From Octopus vulgaris (Eukaryota): DNA of 64,000 bases. Both the position numbers and the translations under genes were made by a program. The notes beneath the pieces were generated by a model. That model had not been told where the DNA came from and searched no databases. It saw only the letters and a list, made by a program, of their open reading frames with translations. How positions within the stretch are numbered: the stretch's first letter is position 1; the number at the start of each line of letters is the position of its first letter. Below, piece by piece: positions 36,998-48,619 of this stretch. Where the stretch lies: assembly GCA_951406725.2 (NCBI GenBank), contig OX597820.1, positions 115,072,001-115,136,000 of the forward strand. Direction: 5' to 3'.

Positions 36998-37904
36998 AAC
37001 AAATATCTATTTTAAAGTGTGAAGATTTTCATTATTACCATTAATTTATTTTAAAAATTCATCTAATTACAGCCTTCATATTTCTTCCACTCATTCACAT
37101 GCATTAAAATTACTATTGTGTTCCTTCATTTCTCTATAAAATATTTGTTTTTCCTTTGTTTGCACCATGAATCTATTAAGAAACAATATGTTAAATATTT
37201 TTGCACAAGCGCACGCTTGATGTTTAGTTAGGGCTGTTTTAATTATTCTTTCGGTGTTTGATATTTGGTGTTTCAGCGAAGCAGTTCAATGTCAACGGGA
37301 ATCTGGGAACCCCCAACCCTTTTTTTTTCTTCTGTAATATTTCTAATTGTGTACATGATGACATTTTGTTTACTTGACCCCTGCCTTGTGGCATATTTGT
37401 GCTCAAAATAATTGAAATACTCGTTTTCTTTTTGTCATCAAATAGATTGCCACCACTAGACATGATGACAATTAATTATGTATTAATGTCCTTGTGCGCA
37501 TGTTAGAATTGTTTTCTAATGTAAGGACAGGTGCCTCAGAGGTCCTCGTTGCTTATAAGTGATGTGAATTGGGGAATTAGGTGATGTTCAGTCTCTTGGC
37601 TCAGGCACCTAGATTGAGGGCTTGATTGGAGTTGTACGGGAAGTAATGAACATCACAGATTCTATTACCTTTATTTGAAATGATAATGATGGTCACTCTA
37701 GCTGAAATACAGCCCTTTGTTAAATAGGTTGAGGGAGAGACAGACAAAAAAAGAAAGAAATTTCTCCAGACCTTTCTCATAATATATTCAAAATATTTTT
37801 TCTTCTCTTAATTAAAATTCCAACCTTAAGCTCTTCATTTAATTATCGCATATGTTCTTCTTCTTCTTCTTCTTACAGCATTCACCCAGGGTGGGTTGAG
37901 CTGG

Positions 37905-38396
37905 TTTCATTTATCAGGGTCAGGTCACTTTGAGTGCTACTGGTAACATGTAACCCAGAACCTGTTGCATGGTCGGGCCGTCAGCGACTAAACCGGCAAC
38001 CCCACCAAGCTTGCTTGGTGAGGAGAGTGTTTATTGGACACCCTGCAGGATGAAAAACAAATCCCGTCAAAGGGCAGAGGAACTCTTGAGAGTCAACGGC
38101 CATCCAATAAATGTGTAATCATATATCACCTCATCGCGGTAAGGGGATGAAACAGGAGTGTCAGAGCTATGCCGTCGGAGACTTCGGTTTCTGGTAGGGC
38201 CACCCATGGTGGATTGTTCTGACACCCAGCGGTATCAGGGCCACACCCTGGTGAACAGAAGCGTCTGATCCGGCAACCGGCAGCTTCAACCCGTCCTGTC
38301 CCTGCATCTGTGGAAAATCTACGGCAAACAAGACGTTCTCCCAACAGGGATATACTTCCGGCTGGGGACGGCTAGCAAACTTCCTATACCCAAGAT
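37905..38396 (+). mobile_element. GC-rich structured repeat, probable retrotransposon 5' leader (copy 2)
   Basis: Shares about 190 bp with 600-790, then diverges into another hairpin-rich segment. Confidence 0.55.
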
Positions 38397-39142
38397 CCTT
38401 CAAATATTCTTCATGTATATCGCATATGTTGTTACTTTTTCATTTCTTAAATACTAAAAACAAAAATGTCGGTGATTATAATTAGGTTTCAGACACATAA
38501 GTCCTGCTTTCTCCAGAATTGTCGCCAAAAGCCAATACAAAAAGCAACAAAAAAAAATAATAATATTTTTTTACTTTTTAATTGTAACAGCTTGAAGAGT
38601 TTTCAATATTTTTTATAACATTCAGTGACTATTAAACCACTTTCTTTTTACTATTGAACCAGCTGTGACCATATAACTTCCTTGGTGTCCCTATTGTCCT
38701 TGAGCAGAGCATGAGTCTTATTTACCTCAAGTTAGTAAATATCAAACTTACCAAATATTCTCTTTACTTTAAGCTCTCAGTACTTTTTGGTTATCTCACT
38801 CCCATTAAAAAGTTGTGTTATCTCCCATAACTAAAAAAATTGTTTAACCCTCAATAAAACAAAAGAAAAAAAGAAAAAATTAAAAAAGCATGAAAAGTGA
38901 AAAGATTAAACATCTTATTGAATCTGATAATATTTTTATAACAAATCATGCCATGCCTATTGAGGAGGCCAAATGTCAACAATGTGTTGAAGTATAGAGC
39001 AGAAGACATTTGCCCAAAGTGCCACACGGTGGGACTGAACCTGCAGCCATGTGGTTGGCAAGCAAACTTCTTACCACACAGTCATGCCGACACTGATATA
39101 TATATGTGTGTGTGTGTATGTAAGTATATATTGACGTGTGTG

Positions 39143-39177
<35 letters not shown>

Positions 39178-39342
39178 ATATATGTGTGTGTGTGTGTGCA
39201 TGTGTATGTAAGTATATATAGATGTGTGTGTGTATGTAAGTATATATAGACGTGTGTGTGTGTGTCTGTAAAACCACATGTGAATCATTGACAATTTTTT
39301 TCCCTCCATCTTCCTTTTCTATTGGACTTTCCTCTGTCTCCT

Positions 39343-39377
39343 GTTTCTGAAGAAGAGCTTTGCTCGAAACATCAGAC
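39343..39377 (+). ncRNA. Minimal type I hammerhead ribozyme
   Basis: gttt-CTGAAGA-a-gagc ttt gctc-GAAA-c-ATC-agac. Confidence 0.7.
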
Positions 39378-39669
39378 CACTTTTCTTTCCTTCCTTGACC
39401 CACTCTTATTTTCCTTTATCCACCACCAACTGAGATTCACCTCTATCCCTATCTCAAATCATCTCTCACACACTTTTCATACTATTATGAACCTACCTAT
39501 CCACCCATCCTCTGTCCCTATTCTCTCTGGTGTAACTTGACACCTCCTCTTTCCAGCCATGTATCTCCCCTACAGCAAGACACCTGTTCCTGTCTCTCTA
39601 TTGTATTTCAACCTCTCATCAGCTGTCATAAAGCCACCTCCCTCAATGCTATACATCCGCTCAGTTTAA

Positions 39670-39890
39670 CCCTTTAGTGTTCAGATTACTCTGTTAAATG
39701 TAATACTTTTTCACTCAAATTGTTTTGAATTAATCCTGGATCATCTTACAGCTTCGAGGTTTCAATGATGTGATTACTTATTTTTAGAATGGTATTGTAG
39801 GTTAGGTGTGAGAGACTAGTCATCGCCAGTTTAAATATAAAACATGTAGAATATATTGGGCCGGATTTGGCCAGTTTAAACACTAAAGGG
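39670..39890. mobile_element. piggyBac-type MITE
   Basis: TTAA on both sides; TIR CCCTTTAGTGTT/AACACTAAAGGG. Confidence 0.85.
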
Positions 39891-39914
39891 TTAAAGCACC
39901 AATGGGTGACATAG

Positions 39915-40321
39915 ACGAAACAACTTGAGTTAGATTCAAACTTGGCAAACATAATTTAGAAAGAAGTAAGGATGTTTGAGCTACGAAACAACTTGAGTTA
40001 GATTCAAACTTGGCAAACATAATTTAGAAAGAAGAAAGGATGTTTGAGCTACGAAACAACTTGAGTTAGATTCAAACTTGGCAAACATAATTTAGAAAAA
40101 AGTAAGGATGTTTGAGCTACGAAACAACTTGAGTTAGATTCAAACTTGGCAAACATAATTTAGAAAAAGTAAGGATGTTTGAGCTACGAAACAACTTGAG
40201 TTAGATTCAAACTTGGCAAACATAATTTAGAAAAAAGTAAGGATGTTTGAGCTACGAAACAACTTGAGTTAGATTCAAACTTGGCAAACATAATTTAGAA
40301 AAAAGTAAGGATGTTTGAGCT
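39915..40321 (+). repeat. Minisatellite, 6 x 67-68 bp
   Basis: Units ACGAAACAACTTGAG...GATGTTTGAGCT start at 39915, 39983, 40051, 40119, 40186 and 40254. Confidence 0.95.
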
Positions 40322-40489
40322 GGTCTGGGATCAAGTAAAAGTTGTGTTAATCTTGGTCAGTTTGATTTCAGCTGGGTGATTTACCTACCATCAAAAGTCA
40401 TTGGCCAAAATTTTAAAGTCACTGTCAATAATATTCTTGTTTAAGAATAATATACATACATACGTGTATGTAAATTGTAATTGAACCAA

Positions 40490-41048
40490 TCCTATGACTG
40501 GTACCCAGCAGTTACCAGTGCCGCTGGACTGACTCCTGTGCAGGTGGCAAGTAAAGAAACACCTTGTGCTTGAGGAGACCTATTGAGTCAAGTACATCAA
40601 CATCAAAAATCAATGGAAATTGTAGTTGTGATACCTGTGCTGGTGGCACATAAAAAGCACCATCCGAACGTGGATGATGCCAGTGCCGCCTTGATTAGCT
40701 TCTGTGCCGGTGGCACGTAAAAAGCACCAACCGATCATGGCCGTTGCCAGCCTCCCCTGGCATGTAAAAAGCACCATCCCTACGTGATCGATGCCAGCGC
40801 CACCTTGACTGGCTTCCGATCATGGCCATTGCCAGCCTCCCCTGGCACCTGTGCTGGTGGCACATAAAAAGCACCCACTACACTCATGGAGTGGTTGGCA
40901 TTAGGAAGGGCATCCAGCTGTAGAAACACTGCCAGATCAGACTGGAGCCTGGCGCAACCATCTGGCTTCCCAGATCCTGGTCGAACTGTCCAACCCATGC
41001 TAGCATGGAAAACGGACGTTAAGCGATGATGATGATGATGATGATGAT
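40490..41048 (+). mobile_element. RTE 3' UTR fragment
   Basis: Modules plus conserved end and (GAT)n tail. Confidence 0.85.
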
Positions 41049-41935
41049 ATGTGTATACATATGTATGTAAATTTATACTTACATTACACTGATGGACAAC
41101 TGGACTTTATTATATTTCCCTCTTAAACATCCATAGTACATAACTATTATATACAACACATCATTTGTAAATTTCTACAATATCTTTGATACAGTTTATT
41201 GTTTTATTATTGAAGCCTAACATTGTGGAATGTCATGTTTTTAACTGATAATAATTTGTTCCTTGAGATTAAAAAAAATGGAATGTTTTTTTTTTCCTCG
41301 TTATATACACTCATTAAGTAAGTGTCTAATTGTATGTATTTTTTAAAACTATGTGTGTTTCAGTTTTATCTATACTCACATGTAGATTCCGATGTTAGAT
41401 ATTGTCTACATGTAACAGTTACTTATTGACTTTATTAAATACTGGAACGAGAATAAACTTTGAACTAATAATTTGAGTTAAAATAAAATAGAAACCAAAT
41501 GCAGCAGAATGGAGAGTAAATTAGTGACTGGCTTATGACAACTAATATTGCATTCTTTTGTTCTTAGCATGTTGTCAAATTAAACACTATTATTTTATGT
41601 TACTTTAAATTCACAATGAGGTCAACTTTGCCTTTCATCCTTTTGGAATAAGTATCAGTTGAGTACTGGGGTCAATATAATAAACTTATCCCCTCCTCCA
41701 AGACTTCAGGTTTTGTGCCTACAGCAGAAGGGATTATTCTATATGTTACTAAATATGAAGGGGTTAGTTACTGTGAGGAGTGGATAAACTGATGGGTTCT
41801 TTGGTGGGGTAAAGTAAAAAGTCTTTGGAAAACTTGCTAAATATGTGAGTGCAATGAAGCTTATGTGCTACGACTAGACAAGAATCCAGCTATTTGGAAC
41901 AAAGCTTTGTCTTAGTAGTGCTGACTATAAATATT

Positions 41936-42932
41936 GGATCTTTTCGGTTTGAACGGCAGTTTTTTCTAGCGGTGTCATATGAAATTCATCATCATCATCA
42001 TCATCATCGTTTAACGTCCGCTTTCCATGCTAGCATGGGTTGGACGGTTCAACTGGGGTCTGGCAAGCCCGAAGGCTGCACCAGGCCAGTCAGATCTGGC
42101 AGTGTTTCTACAGCTGGATGCCCTTCCTAACGCCAACCACTCCGAGAGTGTAGTGGGTGATTTTTATGTGCCACCGACACAGGTGCCAGACGAGGCTGGC
42201 AGACGGCCACGCTCGGATGGTGTTTTTTATGTGCCACCGACACAGGTGCCAGACGGGGCTGGCGGACGGCCACGCTCGGATGGTGTTTGTTACGTGCCCT
42301 CAGCATGGAGGCCAGTCGTTGCGGTACTGGCTACGATCACGTTCGGATGGTTTTCTCATGTGCCACCGGCACTGGTACCACAAGGATACAAATTCCATTG
42401 ATGTTCATCTATTTTGATTTGGTTCGATTTGATTTGATTTGATTCGATTCGATTCTCACTTGCCTCAACAGGTCTTCACAAGTGTCACAAGAAGGAAGGT
42501 ATGCACAGGTGGACTGACTACGTCCCAGGTAGGGGCCATGGATTATGGCTTCACTAGTCTTGCCGGGTCTTCTCACGCACAATTATGACCCTAGTATCGA
42601 TCTATTGCATTTCAATCTGTTTTAGGGTTAGGAGTGGGGGGAAGGGTATCTTTTTTTTTTCTTCACAAATGTAAATAAACACAATCTGTTTCTTAAACGA
42701 GGGACATATTCATACGGCACAGAATGTTTTTTACTTCAATAGACATCAGTGATTGGCTGAAATTGCAGAAATTGAAGAAAAAAAAAACAAATATTTTACA
42801 AACTATAGAATTTTCTCAATAAAGCCAAGCGAAAAAGATGTTTTATAAACACATTCTACCAGTATACGAAGTTTTAAATTTTTTAGTTACCTAGAAATTA
42901 TGTTAAAAACTGCCGTTCAAACCGAAAGATCC
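41936..42932 (-). mobile_element. Merlin-like MITE interrupted by an RTE 3' fragment (41986-42580)
   Basis: Both TIRs present; perfect 8-bp TSD TAAATATT. Confidence 0.88.
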
Positions 42933-43089
42933 TAAATATTTTTAGTAGGAATGAAATAACCAAGCTAAGATGGTATGAGTAGAAATATAATAACCAATAA
43001 TAATTTACTGTGAGAAATGTTGAGTAAATGTAGTAGATAGCATTCTTTATTGGATATGCAATGTAAGTCTGCATGAACAACAAAGTACA

Positions 43090-43622
43090 AATGTGTTGAG
43101 TGAAAAACTGGACATCAGAGAAGTCAAATGTGGTGTGCCAGAAAGAACACTGTGCTGGTATGGATATGTGATGTGTAGGGATGAGGAGAGCTGTATAAAG
43201 AACTAGCAGTATCGCCCGGCGTTGCTCGGGTTTGCAAGGGAAATAACTATATAAGCATTTTTAGAGATGTAAAGTATAATAGCCATCTCAATATGGCTAA
43301 CCACAAAGGGGGGGTTACTGTCGCTTTTTACGTTCTGAGATTTAATAATACATTTTTAGAGAGTTACTTCCCTTATATATGCCAAATATGCATTAAAATG
43401 GGAAAAATTGATGGTAAATTTTTTTTTAAATCGTAGACTCATCTTAGACGCGCGCTAATACCCAGAAGGACTCGATATGAATCACGACTATAAGATACCC
43501 GGTTTTGGTTAAACTGCACTGGGAGTAGTTAGGAATCTAAATCGTAGGAGACAGACAGCACACAACCTTACTTTTATATATAAAGATTGTCAATCGCTTA
43601 ATGTGAAGGGAACATGTGGAAT
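43090..43622 (+). pseudogene. Old RTE C-terminal fragment split by a Helitron
   Basis: EKLDIREVKCGVPERTLCWYGYVMCRDEESCIKN | CQSLNVKGTCG continues across the insertion. Confidence 0.7.
43203..43586 (-). mobile_element. Non-autonomous Helitron
   Basis: Minus-strand A|TCTTTATATATAAAAG start, hairpin CCCGAGCAACGCCGGG, CTAG|T end, no TSD. Confidence 0.9.
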
Positions 43623-43822
43623 TTGTTGCCATAACAGCAAACATGGCCATATCTGTTTTTGAGACAATTTCTTAACATTCAGATTCTTTCTCCACAGTTG
43701 AAGTAAGAATACAGTTTCAAAGCATCTTTCAGCTCTTTTCTAAGTTAATTGTTTAACTCAAGTCCTTCATTATTGAGTTCAGAAGTTGATTTTGCTTTAT
43801 TTGGTATTGCTTAGATTTTCAT

Positions 43823-44231
43823 CTTTTACTCTTTTACTTGTTTCAGTCATTTGACTGCGGCCATGCTGGAGCACCGCCTTTAGTCGAGCAAATCGACCCC
43901 GGGACTTATTCTTTGTAAGCCCAGTATTTATTCTATCGGTCTCTTTTTGCCGAACCGCTAAGTGATGGGGACGTAAACACACCAGCATCGGTTGTCAAGC
44001 AATGCTAGGGGGACAAACAGACACACAAACACACACACACACACACACATACATATATATATATACATATATACGACGGGCTTCTTTCGGTTTCCGTCTA
44101 CCAGATCCATTCACAAGGCATTGGTCGGCCCGGGGCTATAGCAGAAGACACTTGCCCAAGATGCCACGCAGTGGGACTGAACCCGGAACCATGTGGTTGG
44201 TTAGCAAGCTACTTACCACACAGCCACTCCT
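43823..44231 (-). mobile_element. SINE family 1
   Basis: Similarity to 1503-1875. Confidence 0.9.
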
Positions 44232-44698
44232 TTTTTGTAGCATCTTTCATTTTTTTTTTTTAGTATAAAGTCACTGAATTTTAGATAAGAGAACATTTCA
44301 AGCTTCTATCTTTGATATTTCCTCAATATATCAATGAATGTTCAAATCCCTGTTATTTGCATAAGGAATTTATTTTCATCTGGTTTAAATGGGAAGCCAT
44401 TTTACTGTATTCAGATCTTTGTTTTGAAAATATTGGTAAAAAATACAGTTCTTTAACTTGCTTTTGAGTAGAGAATTTTCTCTTTGTAAGCTGTTTTTTT
44501 TTATTTGTTTTCCTTTTTCAGCATTTGCTGTATTCTCTTAAGGGTTCAATATGTATTGCTGTACTCTCAATATGCTCTGAGTGAATTCATTGAGATGTGA
44601 CTGTGACATCTAAGGTGTGTATGCAAGGAGTTGCAGATAAGAAAGTTGATCTTGATTTTGGAAAGGCAGGAAGATGGAAAATGTGGAAATATTTTTCA

Positions 44699-45357
44699 GT
44701 GGCCGATGCCAGCACCACCTTGACTGGCTTCTGTGCTGGTGGCACGTAAAAAGCACCAACCGATCGTGGCCACTGCCAGCTTCCCCTGGCACCTGTGCTG
44801 GTGGCACGTAAAGAGCACCAACCGATCGTGGCCACTGCCAGCTTCCCCTGGCACCTGTGCTGGTGGCACGTAAAGAGCACCAACCGATCGTGGCCACTGC
44901 CAGCTTCCCCTGGCACCTGTGCTGGTGGCACGTAAAGAGCACCAACCGATCGTGGCCACTGCCAGCTTCCCCTGGCACCTGTGCTGGTGGCACGTAAAAA
45001 GCACCAACCGATCGTGGCCACTGCCAGCTTCCCCTGGCACCTGTGCTGGTGGCACGTAAAGAGCACCAACCGATCGTGGCCGCTGCCAGCTTCCCCTGGC
45101 ACCTGTGCTGGTGGCACGTAAAGAGCACCAACCGATCGTGGCCGCTGCCAGCTTCCCCTGGCACCTGTGCTGGTGGCACGTAAAAAGCATCCACTACACT
45201 CACGGAGTGGCTGGCATTAGGAAGGGCATCCAGCTGTAGAATCACTACCAGATCAGACTGGAGCCTGGTGCAGCCTCCTGGCTTCCCAGACCCCGGTCGA
45301 ACCGTGCAACCCGTGCTAGCATGGAAAACGGACATTAAACGATGATGATGATGATGG
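44699..45357 (+). mobile_element. RTE 3' UTR fragment with a 7+ x 62-bp tandem array (44731-45190)
   Basis: Unit CTGTGCTGGTGGCACGTAAAGAGCACCAACCGATCGTGGCCACTGCCAGCTTCCCCTGGCAC; (GAT)n tail. Confidence 0.93.
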
Positions 45358-46063
45358 ATGAGAATATTGCAGGGGGGGATGAAGACAAAGTAAATTGCTG
45401 AGAATGATGGAAAGAGAACCAGTGATGGATGCTGTGAAGAGAAATGGTATGCGCTGTCTTGATCTGAAAATGACTAGGTAGATGTTGGTATCAAAAGGGT
45501 CAAAATGTTTGTTGTGCTCTTACTGTACTTAACAGCTGTTGTCACTCCCTATTGTTTTTCAGCGACTGCACTAGAATTCCTTTTCCTTTTCTTTTTTTCT
45601 ACAGTTTCTTCCTATTTTATTAGCTTTGAAAAGTAAATTCTACCTCCGCAGCGAAACACAGCAAGGTATTTCGTTCAGATGATAGAATGAATTTTGGTAT
45701 TTTACTGCTGTTTATTTCAATGATTTATGATAGAAATCCAAGTTAAACTAAGAATATAGACAGATGGAACTAAATACTGTCATTCAGAGTGATGATTTAT
45801 GAATCACACTGCAAATATTATAATTTAAATTTTGAAAGAACATCATCATCATCATTGCCATTGTCATAATATTCACTTCTGATGCTTGCATGAGTCGGAT
45901 AGAATTTTTATTCAGTGGTAATATTTATCCCCACTTAAGCATGGAGGTTCTGTTAAAACAAACAATACTTTGGTAGTTACCATGAGAGACACACTCATAT
46001 TAGTTTTTGGTGCAAAATGTACTCTTGTTTATATCAATATATAAACAATATTAATATATAAAC

Positions 46064-46475
46064 AAGGCGTAGGAGTGGCTGTGTGGTAAGTAGCTTGCTA
46101 ACCAACCACATGGTTCCGGGTTCAGTCCCACAGCGTGGCATCTTGGGCAAGTGTCTTCTGCTATAGCCCTGGGCCGACCAATGCCTTGTGAGTGGATTTG
46201 GTAGACGGAAACTGAAAGAAGCCTGTCGTATATATGTATATATATATATATATATGTGTGTGTTTTTGTGTGCCTGTGTTTGTCCCCCTAGCATTGCTTG
46301 ACAACCGATGCTGGTGTGTTTACATCCCCGTCACTTAGTGGTTCGGCAAAAGAGACTGATAGAATAAGTACTGGACTTACAAAGAAGAATAAGTCCCGGG
46401 GTCGATTTGCTCGATTAAAGGTGGTGCTCCAGCATGGCCGCAGTCAAATGACTGAAACAAATAAAAGAGTAAAAT
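46064..46475 (+). mobile_element. SINE family 1
   Basis: Head through tail present. Confidence 0.9.
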
Positions 46476-46854
46476 ATATAATGAGTTCGTTTTGCATCAA
46501 AAGCCAATATGAAAGTTTCTCTCGTGGTATCTACCAAAGTATTGTTTGTTCTAATAGAACATCCATGTTTCAGTGAGGATAAGTATTAACTCTCTGTATT
46601 AATACTAGCTCTGATGCTAATAAATATTTTTTTAACAAGTTTTTATCGAGGCAGATTTTCTATGGCTAGATGACCTTCCTAGTGTTAACCCTAAGCTGTT
46701 TCCAAGTAAGATATGACCAGATATGTCTGTTACTGGAAATGCACAACATCGCTTATATGATAGTGATACTAATTTACAATTATCACACAATATAAAGATA
46801 AGCAAACAGAAACACACACACACACACATTCACACACGCACTCTCTGTAATTAA

Positions 46855-47352
46855 GATCATTCTGCCGACCTCCCTGAATAGGGAAGTGCGAGCCTGTTTT
46901 CTCTCGGTAGTTGCTATGGCGAAAGAAGTAGTATGGAAGATGAGAGTGGAAGGAATTGCAACAGGCATGTTCATCTCCAGTCTCCAGCTAATCGACTTTT
47001 TCGCTTTCCACATGAAACGGAAAATAAGGCTGGAGAAGAAATGCCTGTAGCAAAGTGTGTTTCGTAAAAGATTGAAGTCTATAGCAAGTATGCTGCGAGC
47101 GAAAGAACCTGTTTAAACGAGAATATAAAAAAGTAGAAAGCAAAGTCTTCAGTGTGAGTATGTGGTTTGTGGGGTCAACCGCGTCCTCCACTTCATTTTT
47201 TGTTAGTCACGCATTCTCATTTAATTGTATGTATTTTAATTGTTTGTTTATTCATACGTTTCGTCTCATTCGATACCCTGACCCCAATGTTTGTTTTGTC
47301 TGTCCTCTTATCGTCCCCTCTTTTTCTCAACCTTATGGTGAATAAAGAAATA
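46855..47352 (+). mobile_element. L1/Tx1-like LINE 3' end
   Basis: Translation FLSVVAMAKEVVWKMR...DFFAFHMKRKIRLEK resembles an ORF2 C-terminus; T-rich 3' UTR ending AATAAAG next to a microsatellite. Confidence 0.55.
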
Positions 47353-48221
47353 CTCTCTCTCTTTCTCTCTCTCTCACACACACACATACATACACATATC
47401 ATAAATGTATGTAATGTGATTCTTTCAGTTTCCACTACCAAATCCACTCTCAAAGTTTTGGTCAAGGTTTCACATTAGTTAAATTGAACTTGAGAGTATA
47501 TGGTTGGAAAGCAAACTTTCTTTACACCTGCACCTATAAGATTAATTATTAATTGGCTTTTCAGAATTAAAAGTATCTATTAGAAAAGGGCATGCCTTGA
47601 TATTTCTAATGAACGATACATGCACTTAGGCTTTTTCATCAGTAATCCAAGATAATCACTGGTATTCGTTTTACTCTCTTTAAAATCTAATCATGTCCCA
47701 GCAATAGTTGAACTTTTAAGTAATTAAATTTAATTGTTTTACGTCACACTTAATTATGTTATTGTAGCAGCAGATGTTATTGCTGACTTATGAGCTATTG
47801 TCAGTAATAGCTACTTTATCATAAGTCAACCAGCTTTGTTCCCTTGTTTTTATGGTTCTTATATAATCTGATTAATGAAGTGACTGGTTCATTCCAGCTC
47901 TTGACTTCTTTTCTCACGTACTCTGAATGTTGTAACAGCCATACATTGTTACTCTTCTCTGCTTATTATTCTCTTAATGGGTATCAGGTGGAGATGAGAT
48001 TCTGTTGGTAGATTATTAGTTTCATAGTAGTTTGCTGGTTTAGGTGATGAACTGCCAGCCAAGTAGAAGATCATTGTTCTTCTAGCAGACTAAATTGTTT
48101 GTGCTAATTGAAAATGTAACCCATGACTACATATCAGTTTTGGTTGCAGAATATACATATCTCTTGATCAACAGAACAATCACCTGTTGATTGGGTCACC
48201 TGTGATCTCATCTACCTGATA

Positions 48222-48335
48222 TAACAGTACTGCAGCTGGCAAAAATGACAAGTATCAAGTCCATGATTATGAAACACTAGATTGGATGGTCTGGTCATCT
48301 TGTCCGTTTAGAGGACAACTGCATACCAAAACCTT
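48222..48335 (+). mobile_element. BovB-like RTE fragment
   Basis: Reverse complement of 52826-52938 ([10 protein letters not shown]). Confidence 0.75.
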
Positions 48336-48619
48336 GTGCAGCAGAGTGCGAGGGTCAGCCAGTGGACTCCTTTGGCATTGTGGGTCCCAGTGTCCAGGTG
48401 AAAGCTGAAAGGTGGTGGGGGCTGAGTTGTGGTTGGTGTGGAATGTCTTGTAGGTCCCTTGCAGGCCTTAGGAGCCATATGAGTTGTTATCAAGGATTGG
48501 GAGACCAAACTTAGGATGTTTCTTAGAGTGAAATGGATCTAGGAAATCACCTTAGTCACAAGTCAACTTCCATTACACACATATATGTATGTATATGTGT
48601 GTGTATATATGTATACATG

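Noticed and set aside
37528-37660. Short inverted pairs AGGTGCCT/AGGCACCT and GTGATGTTCA/TGAACATCAC as a miRNA precursor
   Set aside because: Stems are too short and do not form one continuous hairpin
39595-39626. CTGATGA-gaggtt-GAAA on the minus strand
   Set aside because: No usable stem II, stem III or stem I; judged coincidental
39915-40321. CRISPR-like array
   Set aside because: Contiguous near-identical units, no unique spacers, no cas genes, eukaryotic context
40620-40880. Repeat-spacer appearance of the RTE 3' UTR modules
   Set aside because: The variable parts are related to each other (CCGA.CGTGGCCG.TGCCAG), so they are diverged tandem units rather than acquired spacers
44587-45335. 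164-241 aa ORFs
   Set aside because: Antisense read-through of a 62-bp tandem repeat
45789-45885. Box C (GTGATGA) and box D (CTGA) snoRNA candidate
   Set aside because: No convincing terminal stem or guide; interior is AT-rich with (CAT)n
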